Positions 47,745 to 58,404 are shown, numbered from the stretch's first letter. The stretch is 64,000 bases of DNA from an uncultured delta proteobacterium (GCA_963802945.1 CAWDKY010000016.1:224001-288000), one strand, 5' to 3'. Notes: generated by a model not told the origin, from the sequence alone. Program-made: numbers and translations.

Positions 47745-48393
47745 ATTCAAAGCGACTCCCGGCTAAGGGCACTTTGGTCTCCACCCGGCTGAAACGAAAC
47801 CTGGTCCCGTCTCCCATCAGGTTTTCAAACGTAAATTCCAGGGGAAGGAAGGTTGTTTTGGATATACGGACCATGATTTGCTGTAAATCCGGCTGAGGGT
47901 TTTTGGGTTTTAACAGCAACTGGTGAAAAGGGGCTTCCTCCGAAATCGTGGCATTCAACCGAACCGAGAAATTTTTTTCCAAGCCTCCCAAACCGGAGAG
48001 GAAATCGATGATCGGTTTGATCTGCAGATAATAATCTTTAAGCCGATACACATTAACCGCCTTTTCCTCGGGTTGATACCACCAGACCTTGTCGCCGTTA
48101 CAGATCAATTGCTCGGGCCGGGGTTTTTTCTGATCCAGGCGGAGTTTGTTCGGAGAAAGGAACGAAAGCTGTCCCTCGGCCTGTAGGGATGAGGAAGGCA
48201 GCTTGGAAGCAATTTTAGGCACAATTTCCCGGATATAATCGGCCTGAAAGGTCTTGGTAGCGGCAAAACGGTCTTTTAATTGAGACAGGATAAAGTTCAA
48301 ATCCTCTCCCGGCTGAGCCTGAACCTGATTCGTCAGACCACACAAGAAGATGCCTATCAAGGCCGGTAATAATTGTTCAACCCGTTTCATCAA
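47683..48393 (-). CDS. lolA: Outer-membrane lipoprotein carrier LolA family
   Basis: TFQADY, PNKLRLD, QLICNGDKVWWYQP, FEFIPPEGT; directly downstream of ftsK. Confidence 0.85.
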   Translation of the reverse strand: MMKRVEQLLPALIGIFLCGLTNQVQAQPGEDLNFILSQLKDRFAATKTFQADYIREIVPKIASKLPSSSLQAEGQLSFLSPNKLRLDQKKPRPEQLICNGDKVWWYQPEEKAVNVYRLKDYYLQIKPIIDFLSGLGGLEKNFSVRLNATISEEAPFHQLLLKPKNPQPDLQQIMVRISKTTFLPLEFTFENLMGDGTRFRFSRVETKVPLAGSRFEFIPPEGTRVISQSLPSLPRK

Positions 48394-48546
48394 ATATTCC
48401 TTTAAAAGATAAGTTTTTCTTTTAAAGCCTCACGCCCCTATGGAGTGGGGCACCACGAAACATGAAATAAACTTAGCATAGATCGATTAAGAGTTTTATT
48501 CTGAATTCTGACTCCTGGATTCTGGATTCTTGATTTTTATTTTCGT

Positions 48547-50725
48547 TTAAAAATTCTTGATCAGCACTTCCCGGGGACGGCCGCCCTCGCCTGAACTGAC
48601 GATTCCTTCCCGTTCCATGATCTCCACCAAACGGGCTGCCCGGTTATAGCCGATGCGCAGTTTTCTTTGGATCATAGAGATGGAAACCTGGCGGGTCTCT
48701 TTGACGATTTGCAGCGCTGCCTCGTATTTTTCATCGATGTCATCATCCGTTTCCGAGGGTTCCGGTTCTTCCATGGTTAAAAGGGTGTCATCATAGACCG
48801 CCTGTTTCTGATTTTTTAGAAATTCGGTCAAACGTTTGATTTCCGCTTCGGAAACAAAGGCCCCATGTATGCGCTGGAGTTTGGATACCCCGGGAGGCAG
48901 AAAAAGCATATCTCCGGCACCCAAAAGGGCCTCGGCCCCATTGGCATCAAGGATGGTTCGGGAGTCGGTTTTGGATGAGACCTGGAAAGAAATGCGGGCC
49001 GGGAAATTGGCTTTGATGATACCGGTCAGGATATCGACGGAAGGTCGCTGGGTGGCTATAAGCAGATGAATACCAGCAGCTCGGGCCATCTGGGCCAGCC
49101 GGGTCAGGGATTCCTCTACGTCCCGGGAGGAAATCAGCATCAGATCGGCCAGTTCGTCAATGACGATGACTACATAAGGCAGCCATTCCTCGGGGTATTT
49201 TTCAGAAGTCCCCTTTTTTTCCTTAAGCAGTCTTTGATTGTAAGTGTCGATATTCCGGGCCCCTTTGTCGGCCATTTTCTGGTAACGGTCCTCCATCTCC
49301 CGGATGGCCCAGCGCAGGACCCGAGTGGCCATTTTGGCATCGGTAACCACTTCGTGCAACAAATGAGGGATCCCCTCATAGGGCAAAAGCTCAATTCGCT
49401 TGGGGTCGATGAAAAAAAAGCGAACCTCCTCCGGCCTGGCCTTAAAAAGAATACTGCTGATTAAGGCGTTCAGACACACGCTCTTGCCGGTGCCGGTGGC
49501 CCCGGCAATCAACAGGTGAGGCATCTTGGCCAGATTGGTGACTACGGGAAAACCCAAAATATCTTTGCCCAAGGCTAAGGTCAACTTGGATTTGGGACTC
49601 GGAAAATTCCTGAGAGGAAAGGATGTCTTTCAGCCCCACCGTCTCCCGCTGACTGTTGGGGATTTCTATGCCGATGACCGGCTTGCCCGGCAGAGGGGCG
49701 ACGATTCGGATGCTGACGGCCCGCATGGCCATGGACAGGTCATCGGCCAGACCAGTGACCCGGCTGATCTTGACCCCTGGGGCCGGTTCAAACTCGTACA
49801 TCGTAATGACCGGTCCCGGCGAGACCTCGGTCACCTGACCCTCCACCCCGAAATCCTTCAGCTTTTTTTCCAGGAGTCTGGAATTCATGAGCAGACTTTG
49901 CTGTTGAACCTCCTGATCATTCTTTTCATAGGTATCCAATAAAGTCAGGGGGGGCAGCTCAAACTCCCCTTTCTCCTTCATGAAAACAAATTGCTCCTGT
50001 TGAGGTTGGGGACGCGGCAGGGGCGCAACCGGTTTAAACACCGGGCTTTGGACTATGGTCGGCGGGTGGGCTTCTTTTTCCTTCTGAATTTCTTTTTCAA
50101 CCCGCAAGGATTTGGCTTTCCGTTTTCGCTCCCTGTTTTTTTGATAAGCATCCCGCCATCGGCTCAACTGATCCAAAAGCCGGGCCTGAACCCTTTCTCC
50201 CAATCGGGCCAAAGAAACCCGGGTGATCAGAATGAAGCCGGTCAGCAAGACAACGATTAAAAAGATATGGGTTCCTGGCGGATTTAACAACAAGGAGATG
50301 TGGTGGAAGATCAGATAACCCAAAATTCCTCCCCAGGGAAAGTTCCAGCCGAAGTATTGAAAATTCTGCTCTCCTCTGGAGAGCAAGGCGGCAAAAGAAA
50401 AAATCACTAAAAGATAGCCGGTTGCCTGCCAATAAGGCGAGGAAATAGGTTCTTTGCGGAAGGAATAAAAGGCCAGTTGAAAAAAGATGAAACTGAGCCA
50501 GAAGGAGGCCAGGCCCAAGAACTCAAACAGGAAGGCCGAGAGATAAGAACCGATCTTTCCCACCCAGTTTGTTATGGGCAGATCGCCAACCTGATGAGAA
50601 CTGAAAGAGGGATCTGTCGGGTGATGGGAAATAAGGGCCAGGAGAATTAAAATTCCCACCGCTCCCAAACACAGCCCAAGGATTTCATAATAAATGGGTT
50701 TTGGGGAGGTTTCTTCTTTAGCCAT
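48547..50725 (-). CDS. ftsK: DNA translocase FtsK, split by one extra base near 49595 (probable assembly error)
   Basis: 4TM N-domain, PGPVITMYE, IGIEIPN in one frame; MPHLLIAGATGTGKS, IDELADLM, ATQRPS, LRIGYNRAARL in the next. Confidence 0.95.
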
Positions 50726-50761
50726 AGGATGAGTCCTCTGTCATTTTAATAAAATAAAACC

Positions 50762-50892
50762 GGAGTATTGGAGTGATGGAGAAACAGGCCATGAGAGTAT
50801 TGGAAAAACCCATTGAGCTGTATTTTGTGATGGGAAAAACTTCCCTTTTCCAACACCCCAACACTCCATCACTCCAATATCCCAGCACTCCA
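50762..50892. repeat. Inverted octamer array (GGAGTATT/GGAGTGAT ... CACTCCAT/CACTCCAA)
   Basis: ggagtattggagtgatggag ... caacactccatcactccaatatcccagcactcc between rnj and ftsK. Confidence 0.8.
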
Positions 50893-50898
50893 TTTCTT

Positions 50899-52581
50899 TT
50901 ACATCGGTATGATCAAAGGCAGCACCACCGGTCTGCGTTCGAGAGAATGATCAAAGAATCGCCTCAGGGTCTTGCGGATCTCTTCCTGGATGTCGGACCA
51001 ATTTTTGTTATCCTCCTTTTGCCTGAGGTATAAGATCTCCAGGACCAGTTCCTTGGCCTCCCGGATCAATTCTGGGTGCTCCTCTTCGGAAATAAATCCT
51101 CGGGAAATGATGTCCGGCCCGGATAGAAGTTCTCCGGTCTGGTTGTTCAGCACCACCTGAACCACCACCAGTCCTTCATTAGAAAGGTGGCGCCTGTCCC
51201 TCAAGATTAGATTGCCCACATCCCCAACGCCTTTGCCGTCCACAAAGACGCGGCCCACTTCCACCTGATCAAAAATCCGGCCTCCTTCTTGATCAAAGCG
51301 TATGACCTGGCCGTCTTCAGCCAGGATCAGATTTTCTTTGGGGATGCCGATCTTGCCGGCCAATTGGGCATGTTTGACCAGATGGCGGTATTCCCCATGA
51401 ATGGGAATGAAGAATTTGGGCCGGGTCAGGTGGAGCATTAATTTCAATTCTTCCTGATTGGCATGACCGGAAACATGGATCTCCGAAACTTTTTCGTATA
51501 TCACCTCAGCCCCAAAGCGGTACAAATTATTAATTAATCCGTCGATGGCCTTTTCGTTGCCGGGAATGAAGCGGGAAGACAGGATGACCGTATCCCCTTT
51601 TTTGATCTTGATCTGTTTATGATCGTCCCGGGCGATCCGGGTTAAAGAGGACATGGGTTCAGCCTGACTGCCGGTGGTGATAAGGGTTACTTGGGAATCG
51701 GGGAGCTGAAGCATCTCCCCCAGGGTCAGTTCCATCCCCTGGGGGACAGTTAGAATACCCAATTCCTGGGCGATCCGGCAATTGGTAATCATACTTTTTC
51801 CGTTGAAGGCCACTTTGCGCTGATAGCGGGCGGCCGAGTTGATCACCTGCTGGATCCGATGGATATTGGAAGCGAAGACAGCCACAATCACCCGGCCTTC
51901 ACATTCGCGCATGATCTGGTCCAGGGTCTCGCCGATCCGTTTTTCCGGCAAGGTATGGCCTTCCCGTTCGACATTGGTGGAATCCGACATCAGGGCCAAT
52001 ACACCTTTTGCCCCATAGGCGGCAAAGGTATTGATGTCTGTGATCGCGCCATCCAGAGGGGTCTGGTCGATCTTGAAATCCCCTGAATGGATCAGGGTGC
52101 CTACTGGGGTTTGAATCGCCAGGCCCAGACCTTCCGGGATGCTGTGGGTGACCCGGATGAATTCCAGTTGGAAGGGTCCGATAGTCAGGGATTCTCTTGG
52201 GGCAACCATCCTCAGATCACATTGCTCCAGGATACGATGTTCTTTCAATTTTTCCTTGACCAGTTCCAGGGTAAACCTGGAGCCGTAAACCGGGACCGAA
52301 ATCTCTTTAAGCAGGAAAGGCAGGGCCCCGATATGGTCCTCATGGCCGTGGGTCAGGACAATGGCCCGGATCCGTTCTTTGTTTTTTAATAAATAGCTGA
52401 AATCCGGGATGACAATATCGACGCCCAGCATATAGTCTTCAGGGAACATCAGCCCGGCATCGATGACCAGGATATGCTCTTCATATTGAACCAGGAGCAT
52501 GTTCAGCCCGATCTCTCCCAAACCCCCAAGGGGGATGATATCCAAAAAAGGAGGGGCTTGCCAACGTGTTTCTAATTCCAT
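50899..52581 (-). CDS. rnj: Ribonuclease J
   Basis: PLGGLGEIGLN, THGHEDHIG, HSIP, GDFKID, DSTN, HVSGH, PIHGEYRH. Confidence 0.97.
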   Translation of the reverse strand: MELETRWQAPPFLDIIPLGGLGEIGLNMLLVQYEEHILVIDAGLMFPEDYMLGVDIVIPDFSYLLKNKERIRAIVLTHGHEDHIGALPFLLKEISVPVYGSRFTLELVKEKLKEHRILEQCDLRMVAPRESLTIGPFQLEFIRVTHSIPEGLGLAIQTPVGTLIHSGDFKIDQTPLDGAITDINTFAAYGAKGVLALMSDSTNVEREGHTLPEKRIGETLDQIMRECEGRVIVAVFASNIHRIQQVINSAARYQRKVAFNGKSMITNCRIAQELGILTVPQGMELTLGEMLQLPDSQVTLITTGSQAEPMSSLTRIARDDHKQIKIKKGDTVILSSRFIPGNEKAIDGLINNLYRFGAEVIYEKVSEIHVSGHANQEELKLMLHLTRPKFFIPIHGEYRHLVKHAQLAGKIGIPKENLILAEDGQVIRFDQEGGRIFDQVEVGRVFVDGKGVGDVGNLILRDRRHLSNEGLVVVQVVLNNQTGELLSGPDIISRGFISEEEHPELIREAKELVLEILYLRQKEDNKNWSDIQEEIRKTLRRFFDHSLERRPVVLPLIIPM

Positions 52582-52616
52582 TTATATCCTACCTTTTATC
52601 TCTCTGAATCCAGAAT

Positions 52617-52747
52617 TCAGAAGCCGGAAGCCAGGATAGCAGTCAGATACGATTCAAGCAATTTACTTACTTCCTCAAGTTGATTCATCAGAGTTGAGTA
52701 ATCTCCATAGCCAGTTCTTGAAAATCCTTTGCAGGTTTTCTTTTCAT
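52617..52747 (-). pseudogene. Internally deleted four-helix-bundle (TIGR02436-type) gene flanked by heptamer arrays
   Basis: ATG 52747 gives MKRKPAKDFQEL, joined out of frame to GYGDYSTLMNQLEEVSKLLESYLTAILASGF*; these resemble the family N- and C-termini. Confidence 0.7.
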
Positions 52748-53481
52748 TCTGGCTTCTGACTCCTGGCTTCTGGATTCTGAACCTCAAGATTCTCCTCAAT
52801 CGCTTCTCTGACTTTCTGCATCAGGATGTCGGCATTTTTTTTATGATACCCTTCGGTGGGGATCGGGTTTCCCAAAACAATGCTTATGGTCCCCGGGGTT
52901 ATCCAGAATCCACCCTTGGAGAGCACCCGGGCGCTTCCCCTTATGGCGATAGGAACAATGGGTTTTTGAGATTTAATAGCCAGAAAAAACAACCCTTGTT
53001 TAAACTCACCCAACTGATCGGTTTTTTGTCGGGTCCCTTCCGGGAAAATGACAATCGAAGTCCCTTCATTGACCTTTCGGGCGGCTTGCATGAGGCTTTG
53101 ATAAGCCTGTTTGGCATTGGAACGGTTGATAGAGATATAACCAGCCCGTTTCATGGCCCATCCGAACAAGGGGATCTTAAAATAACTTTCCTTGGCCATC
53201 CAGCGAAATTGAATCGGGAGTCTGGAAAGAAGTACTGGGATATCATAAGCACTTCGATGGTTGGCGGCAAAGATATAAGACTGGCCCGGAACGAGGACTT
53301 CCGGGTTGAATACTTCGGTCCGAACCCCGCTAATCATCAAAACTACCTTGGCCCAGAAGGCAGCAATCCGATGCAATCGGTTCCCACTCGAATCAAATAA
53401 AGAGACAACCAGGGCATACAAACTTAACCCTATGGTCAGGATAAAATAACAAGGTATGATAAAAAAAGTCCGTAAATACAT
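52744..53481 (-). CDS. plsC: 1-acyl-sn-glycerol-3-phosphate acyltransferase
   Basis: NHRSAYD, IFPEGTR, PIVPIAI motifs. Confidence 0.93.
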   Translation of the reverse strand: MYLRTFFIIPCYFILTIGLSLYALVVSLFDSSGNRLHRIAAFWAKVVLMISGVRTEVFNPEVLVPGQSYIFAANHRSAYDIPVLLSRLPIQFRWMAKESYFKIPLFGWAMKRAGYISINRSNAKQAYQSLMQAARKVNEGTSIVIFPEGTRQKTDQLGEFKQGLFFLAIKSQKPIVPIAIRGSARVLSKGGFWITPGTISIVLGNPIPTEGYHKKNADILMQKVREAIEENLEVQNPEARSQKPE

Positions 53482-53574
53482 AAGTTCCTTTTAACCGGAT
53501 CAAATATTAAAAATAATAAACTATTGCAGTGAATTCGTCAATCAATGAATCGAGTTTTGGGATGCACTTCCCGG

Positions 53575-55279
53575 TCAGGCCGAGGTTTGACTGAGGGACT
53601 GTGTCCCTCTTTTCATGGCCCACCATCCGGTGAACAGATGCAGGAACAAAACTACGATGAATGACCCTATCATCCACCAGTAATCCATGAGTATTAGTGA
53701 AATATTCCGAAAATCAGCCATCAGCAGCCGATACACTGGTCCGGCCTCTAGCCCAATGCTAACCCCGATTAAGGCCAGGGAAAAAATCATATAAAGAAAT
53801 CCTCCGAAACCGGTGGGCATCTGCCCCAGATTCTCCGAGCCGTATTGGGGATACATGGCCCCCAGGCCTATGGCCAGGCCCACCAATCCAAAATCCAGAC
53901 TAATCATGGTCAGGGAGGAGATCCACTGCATGTTGGCTGAGACCTGTAGCTGCCGGTTGGTGAAAACAATCAAAACTTCGGAAAGGATTAATAAGGGGAT
54001 GAAGTAAAAGACAAATTTGTACCAAAGGAACTTTTTTAAGGAAAGGGGGGAACTGCGGATCATCCAGAAGGCCTGGCCTTCGGCGCTGATTGCGGGAAAA
54101 ACAAACCGCACGGCTACCGAAGCCAACACAAAACCGGCCAGCCCCAAATTCAAGAAGGCAATAAAATTTTTTAAATATAGGGTCGGCAAGGGGGACTTAT
54201 GTAAAGGCAGGACACTGAAATTATAGACATAGATAACGATCAAGACCAGCAGAATGAAAAGTTGAGACCATTGAGTCTTGTCCCGATAAAAGGCCTTCAC
54301 GTCCTTCAGAATCATCCCGTTCATCCCTGGAGAAAATGGCAGGGACTGCCACAACCTCCCATCCAGTCTGTTTTGAACTTGCATCCCTTTATAGTGCCCC
54401 TCTTGGGCCCGGGAATAAGATGAAAAATAATATTGTCCGGCCAAAAGAAGGTTAGCCATAAAAACAAACCAGGCGGTACTCCAAAGCACCAGTAAGGGCA
54501 ACAGGCCCGGGATAAATTCCCCTTTTAGAAAAAGCCAGAAGGCCTCTTTGGTCCAGGAGCTGGGAAGATAAGGCGACTCCTGGGCGGTCAGGCTTCCAAG
54601 ATATTCGACCAGTGTGGAAAGCTGATCAGGGTTGACCAATTGCTCCGGCCGCATAAGGCGAAAGATCATAAATAACATGGTGACCATCAGGACGCTTAAT
54701 ATCACCAACAAATCGCGGGTACGGCGAACCGGTAAAAAAGCAGTCAAAAGAAGGGTGAGTAAAATGCCCAGGCTTCCGGCCAGAAAAACAAACGGTAGAA
54801 TGACCAGGGGCAGGCTTAGATAAAAACCTCCAGGAGCCTGAAAAATAATCCCATAGCAGAGGAAGATCGGCAGGGCCATGAGGATAACCATCCAGGAGGC
54901 ATCGAACAGGCTTTCCAGATATCGGGCGGAAAACAGGGTCAGCCTGGGGACTGGGGTTTCATGGATCAGGTCAAGGTCTTTGGAAAGGAAAAAGTTGGAA
55001 AGGGCGGTAATCAAATGACTGTAAATCAGGATCGTAAAAAAGGTCAGCAGGAGCATAGACAGGACCTTTTGTGACAGGACTTCGCCGAATCCCGGGATCC
55101 CGTGAAAGTAACTTAAGATTACGAAAAAAGGCATAAAAGATCCCGGCCCAAAAGACCAGGCCGATGAAGATAAAGAGCACAAATTTCCAACGGGTCCCCG
55201 GTATGCGCTTGAGACGGTTGTTGAACCCCAGGATCCGGGGTTGGAGCAGAAAAAAGACGGCTTTAAGGGAGTTGGACAA
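53575..55279 (-). CDS. Putative ABC exporter permease (12-TM type), frameshift near 55118
   Basis: N-terminus in ORF 54971-55279 joins ILSYFHGIPGFGE..; ILKDVKAFYRD, SAEGQAFWMIRSSP. Confidence 0.82.
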
Positions 55280-55327
55280 AGGGAATGAACCTCTGAAATA
55301 AATTTATTTATTTTAAAAGCCTTTTTA

Positions 55328-55402
55328 AATCCCTCCCAACCTCCCTTTTACAAAGGGAGGGGTAGAACTTCCCCTTTAGTAAAGGGGGATTGAGGGGGAT
55401 TT
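55328..55402. repeat. REP-like element with CCCTTT..AAAGGG hairpins
   Basis: AATCCCTCCCAACCTCCCTTTACAAAGGGAGG..CCCCTTTAGTAAAGGGGGATTGAGGGGGATT; a degenerate relative near 34834-34876. Confidence 0.75.
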
Positions 55403-55445
55403 GAGGTTTACAATGCCTTGAATAAACCTCTCTTAAAAATCTAAT

Positions 55446-56189
55446 CTAATATTCCTCTTCCTCCTCAATATCTCCAGTCACTTTAAGAAAAAGGGCTTCC
55501 AACCCTTTGGACTTCCAGTCCGCCTCTTTGGAAAAGGAATCCATGGAACCAAGGGCGATCAACGCCCCTTTTTGGATGATCCCGATCCGTCCGCAAATCT
55601 CCTGGGCCGTGGATAAGGTATGGGTAGAAAGAAAAATGGTCATCCCCCGGCTGGTTTCTTTCTGAAAAAGACGCTTTACAATCCGGACCCCTTTGGGATC
55701 TAAGCCCACCATGGGCTCGTCGACGATCAAGACCCGGGGATGATGGATCAGGGCTGAGCAGATGATCAAGCGTTGTTTCATGCCGTGGGAATAGCTCTCG
55801 ATCAGTTCATGGCGCCAGTCCCATAGGTCAAACAGGTTAAGCCGCTCTTCGATCTCTTTATCCGTCTTGGCAGGCAAAAGCCCATAAAGCCCCCCGACAA
55901 AATGAAGAAATTCCAGCCCAGTGAGTTTGTCATACAAGAAAGGACGGTCGGGGATATAGCCGGTAAGGGCCTTGGCCTGGGAGGGCTGGGTAAGGACAGA
56001 AAACCCCACGATTTCCACATCGCCGGCGGTAGGAGCCAGAACTCCGGCCATGATTTTCAGGGTAGTGGTTTTACCGGCCCCGTTCGGCCCCAGAAATCCG
56101 AAGATTTCTCCCTGCGTCACCTCCAGAGAAAGATTATTAACTGCCAGTAACGAACCGAATTGTTTGGACAGGTTTTTAATCGCTATCAT
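55446..56189 (-). CDS. ABC transporter ATP-binding protein
   Basis: GPNGAGKTT, YSHGMKQR, VDEPMVGLDP, STH. Confidence 0.94.
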   Translation of the reverse strand: MIAIKNLSKQFGSLLAVNNLSLEVTQGEIFGFLGPNGAGKTTTLKIMAGVLAPTAGDVEIVGFSVLTQPSQAKALTGYIPDRPFLYDKLTGLEFLHFVGGLYGLLPAKTDKEIEERLNLFDLWDWRHELIESYSHGMKQRLIICSALIHHPRVLIVDEPMVGLDPKGVRIVKRLFQKETSRGMTIFLSTHTLSTAQEICGRIGIIQKGALIALGSMDSFSKEADWKSKGLEALFLKVTGDIEEEEEY

Positions 56190-56205
56190 TGGTGTTGACA
56201 AATTA

Positions 56206-57699
56206 TCACAAGGCCGACTCGATCTCAATTTTTAAGTTGCCGATGATGGGGATTAGAGAGGCCATCCCTTCTTCCATCCCTTCAGCCAATTTCAGGTGGG
56301 TGGGATCGGCCGGGACCTGATTGAATGTCGGATCCAGGCTGATCCACTTGGCACCCAGATAGGCTTCCACCCAGGCATGATAGAAAAAACGATCCCGCAG
56401 CAAGGTGACTCCCAGGGCCATACGGGAAGGTATTCCGGCGGCCCGCAACAAGGCCAAAAGCAGCGTGGCATGTTCATTACAGTCCCCTTCCCGCTGTTGC
56501 AGGACTTCCACCGCTCGTGGAACGGAGAGGATGGGGAGTTTCTTTAAATGTTGAAAGACCCAGGTATTTAAACGAACGGCCGCCTTTTGGGCCTCCTTCT
56601 CATTGCCTAGGGCCTCTTTGAGGGCCTTTTGCAGACGGGGATCTTTTAAGGTCAGCACAGGATGGTCGGCCAGATACCGGTTTTGATCTCCTCGTTGATA
56701 AGGAAGAATATAGGAATCATCAAGGGTCAAGGACTCTCGTTCAATAGTCACCTGGTTTCCCGAAACCCTTTGCCGGCCTTCGGTTTGAGGGATGTCTCCA
56801 AGGGCCGGAGAGAGCTTGAAGATAACTTTTTTAACCGTTTTTGGATCCGGGGGATTTGAGACCGGGATGGATAGCTCTGTGGCCAAATCAGGGCCCGATC
56901 CTTTATCCATTTTTTGTGCTTTTTCCCTACTGGAGCGGATCAGATGGAATCCCATTAAACCTTCTTCTTTCAAGACCCGGCCCTTATAATCGATCCAGAC
57001 GGTCATTTTGTTTCCCAATAGATTCATTTCAAAACGTTGTCCTGGACGCTTATCCCCTTCAAGGTTCAGTATCTCCGTAGGGCCAGCGGTGATGGTAACC
57101 GGTTTGGGAACCATCAGAACCGGATCGAAAAGGGAAAATGATGCTTGATCTCCCGGCTTCATCTGGGCTCGATAGACCTGATAGGGCAGGGTCAGGGAAA
57201 GCTGGGGAGGCCTCTTCAATACGATATTTTGGATTTGGGGTTGTCCCATCAGATCACTGGTCAACTTCAAGTTGGATCCTTCCACGGTCCCTTTGATGGA
57301 ATAAACCAGGTACCCGGAAATCATTTTATAATGGAAATCCTTTAATAGAAATTCGGAGGTGAGGGAGGAGGTGAAGGAAAGGGTTATCTGGCGGGGAAAT
57401 CCCAGGACCATAAGTCTTAAAAAAAGATCCTGGTTGATGGCGTAGCCTTCGACCGACCGCTGCTTGACCGTATGAGCATAGCCGATTTTTTGGTTATTAA
57501 AGAAAATGGACATCCAGTCTTCGGAATCCTGGAGAAGGATTTTAGGCTGGGCAGGATTGGCGGCAAACTGGCTGACTGGCGGTTGATAGGATTTATAGGT
57601 CCACAGACCCAGCAAAACGAGCCATAGGCCGAAGGAAAGAAAGAAAACGATTTTTAGTTTCTTGGACAGGGGGCTGTGTTGAGCGTGAGAATTTTTCAT
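56206..57699 (-). CDS. Membrane-anchored transglutaminase-like domain protein
   Basis: N-terminal TM; GDCNEHA..RAAGIPSR, YHAWVE, LDPT (Cys-His-Asp triad intact). Confidence 0.88.
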   Translation of the reverse strand: MKNSHAQHSPLSKKLKIVFFLSFGLWLVLLGLWTYKSYQPPVSQFAANPAQPKILLQDSEDWMSIFFNNQKIGYAHTVKQRSVEGYAINQDLFLRLMVLGFPRQITLSFTSSLTSEFLLKDFHYKMISGYLVYSIKGTVEGSNLKLTSDLMGQPQIQNIVLKRPPQLSLTLPYQVYRAQMKPGDQASFSLFDPVLMVPKPVTITAGPTEILNLEGDKRPGQRFEMNLLGNKMTVWIDYKGRVLKEEGLMGFHLIRSSREKAQKMDKGSGPDLATELSIPVSNPPDPKTVKKVIFKLSPALGDIPQTEGRQRVSGNQVTIERESLTLDDSYILPYQRGDQNRYLADHPVLTLKDPRLQKALKEALGNEKEAQKAAVRLNTWVFQHLKKLPILSVPRAVEVLQQREGDCNEHATLLLALLRAAGIPSRMALGVTLLRDRFFYHAWVEAYLGAKWISLDPTFNQVPADPTHLKLAEGMEEGMASLIPIIGNLKIEIESAL

Positions 57700-57891
57700 A
57701 ATAGGTTAGGCATTTTTCCTATTGATTTCAGGAGAAGGGGAAAGGGGCATCCCATGATACCTTGGTCAAAAGACAAAAATCGTTTCGAAAAAAGCATCGA
57801 TTTTAACGATTCAAATCAGCCGCGCAAGTTGTCAAGCGTCGGTTGCCTTTGGCCTTTGACGATAGGTACCACGTGCTATCCTTTGGCGTTT

Positions 57892-58404
57892 TCAGCGATA
57901 GTATCCACTACCGACAACCCATCCGAATGGTTTAAATAAGAGCACATACGATCTTTTGGGTTGAGCTGTGGTCTCTCCCTTCTTCGTAAACCAGTACTCG
58001 ACATACCCGCCTCCGGCTTTCGCTTTTGTCAGAAATTCCTTTATGTAGTATGTGCCTTTGAAGTCTTTGTCCTCAAGCCGATTCCGTCCCTCCACATCTT
58101 TTCGGCCGTATAGGACCACATTGACGCCTTCGATCGTATCGGCCCAGAAATATCCTTCGGTCCCGTACCTAAGTTCCCTCAGCAGGTCGGCAGCAAGCTT
58201 TTTGGCCTCCTTAAAGGTTAATTCTTCTTGCTGATACTTTGCATAGATTGCCTGAAGCATGCTGACTGCAGTTTCCACTTCCATTTTGATCAGCAGGTCC
58301 TGAGCCGCACAATTTCCAGGCCTTTCAGTCTGCGCAAAAGCAATTACACAGAAAACCGCCATACCCAGAAGACCAGCCAGTACTGTCATTAATACCTTTT
58401 TCAT
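57892..58404 (-). CDS. Stand-alone single Cache domain protein, exported
   Basis: Signal peptide; LRYGTEGYFW, GGGYVEYWFTK, PKRSYV..WVVGSGYY. Confidence 0.88.
   Translation of the reverse strand: MKKVLMTVLAGLLGMAVFCVIAFAQTERPGNCAAQDLLIKMEVETAVSMLQAIYAKYQQEELTFKEAKKLAADLLRELRYGTEGYFWADTIEGVNVVLYGRKDVEGRNRLEDKDFKGTYYIKEFLTKAKAGGGYVEYWFTKKGETTAQPKRSYVLLFKPFGWVVGSGYYR

Noticed and set aside
49442-49600. Programmed frameshift or true split of ftsK
   Set aside because: No slippery heptamer recognised; one extra C in a short run, in a window with several similar indels
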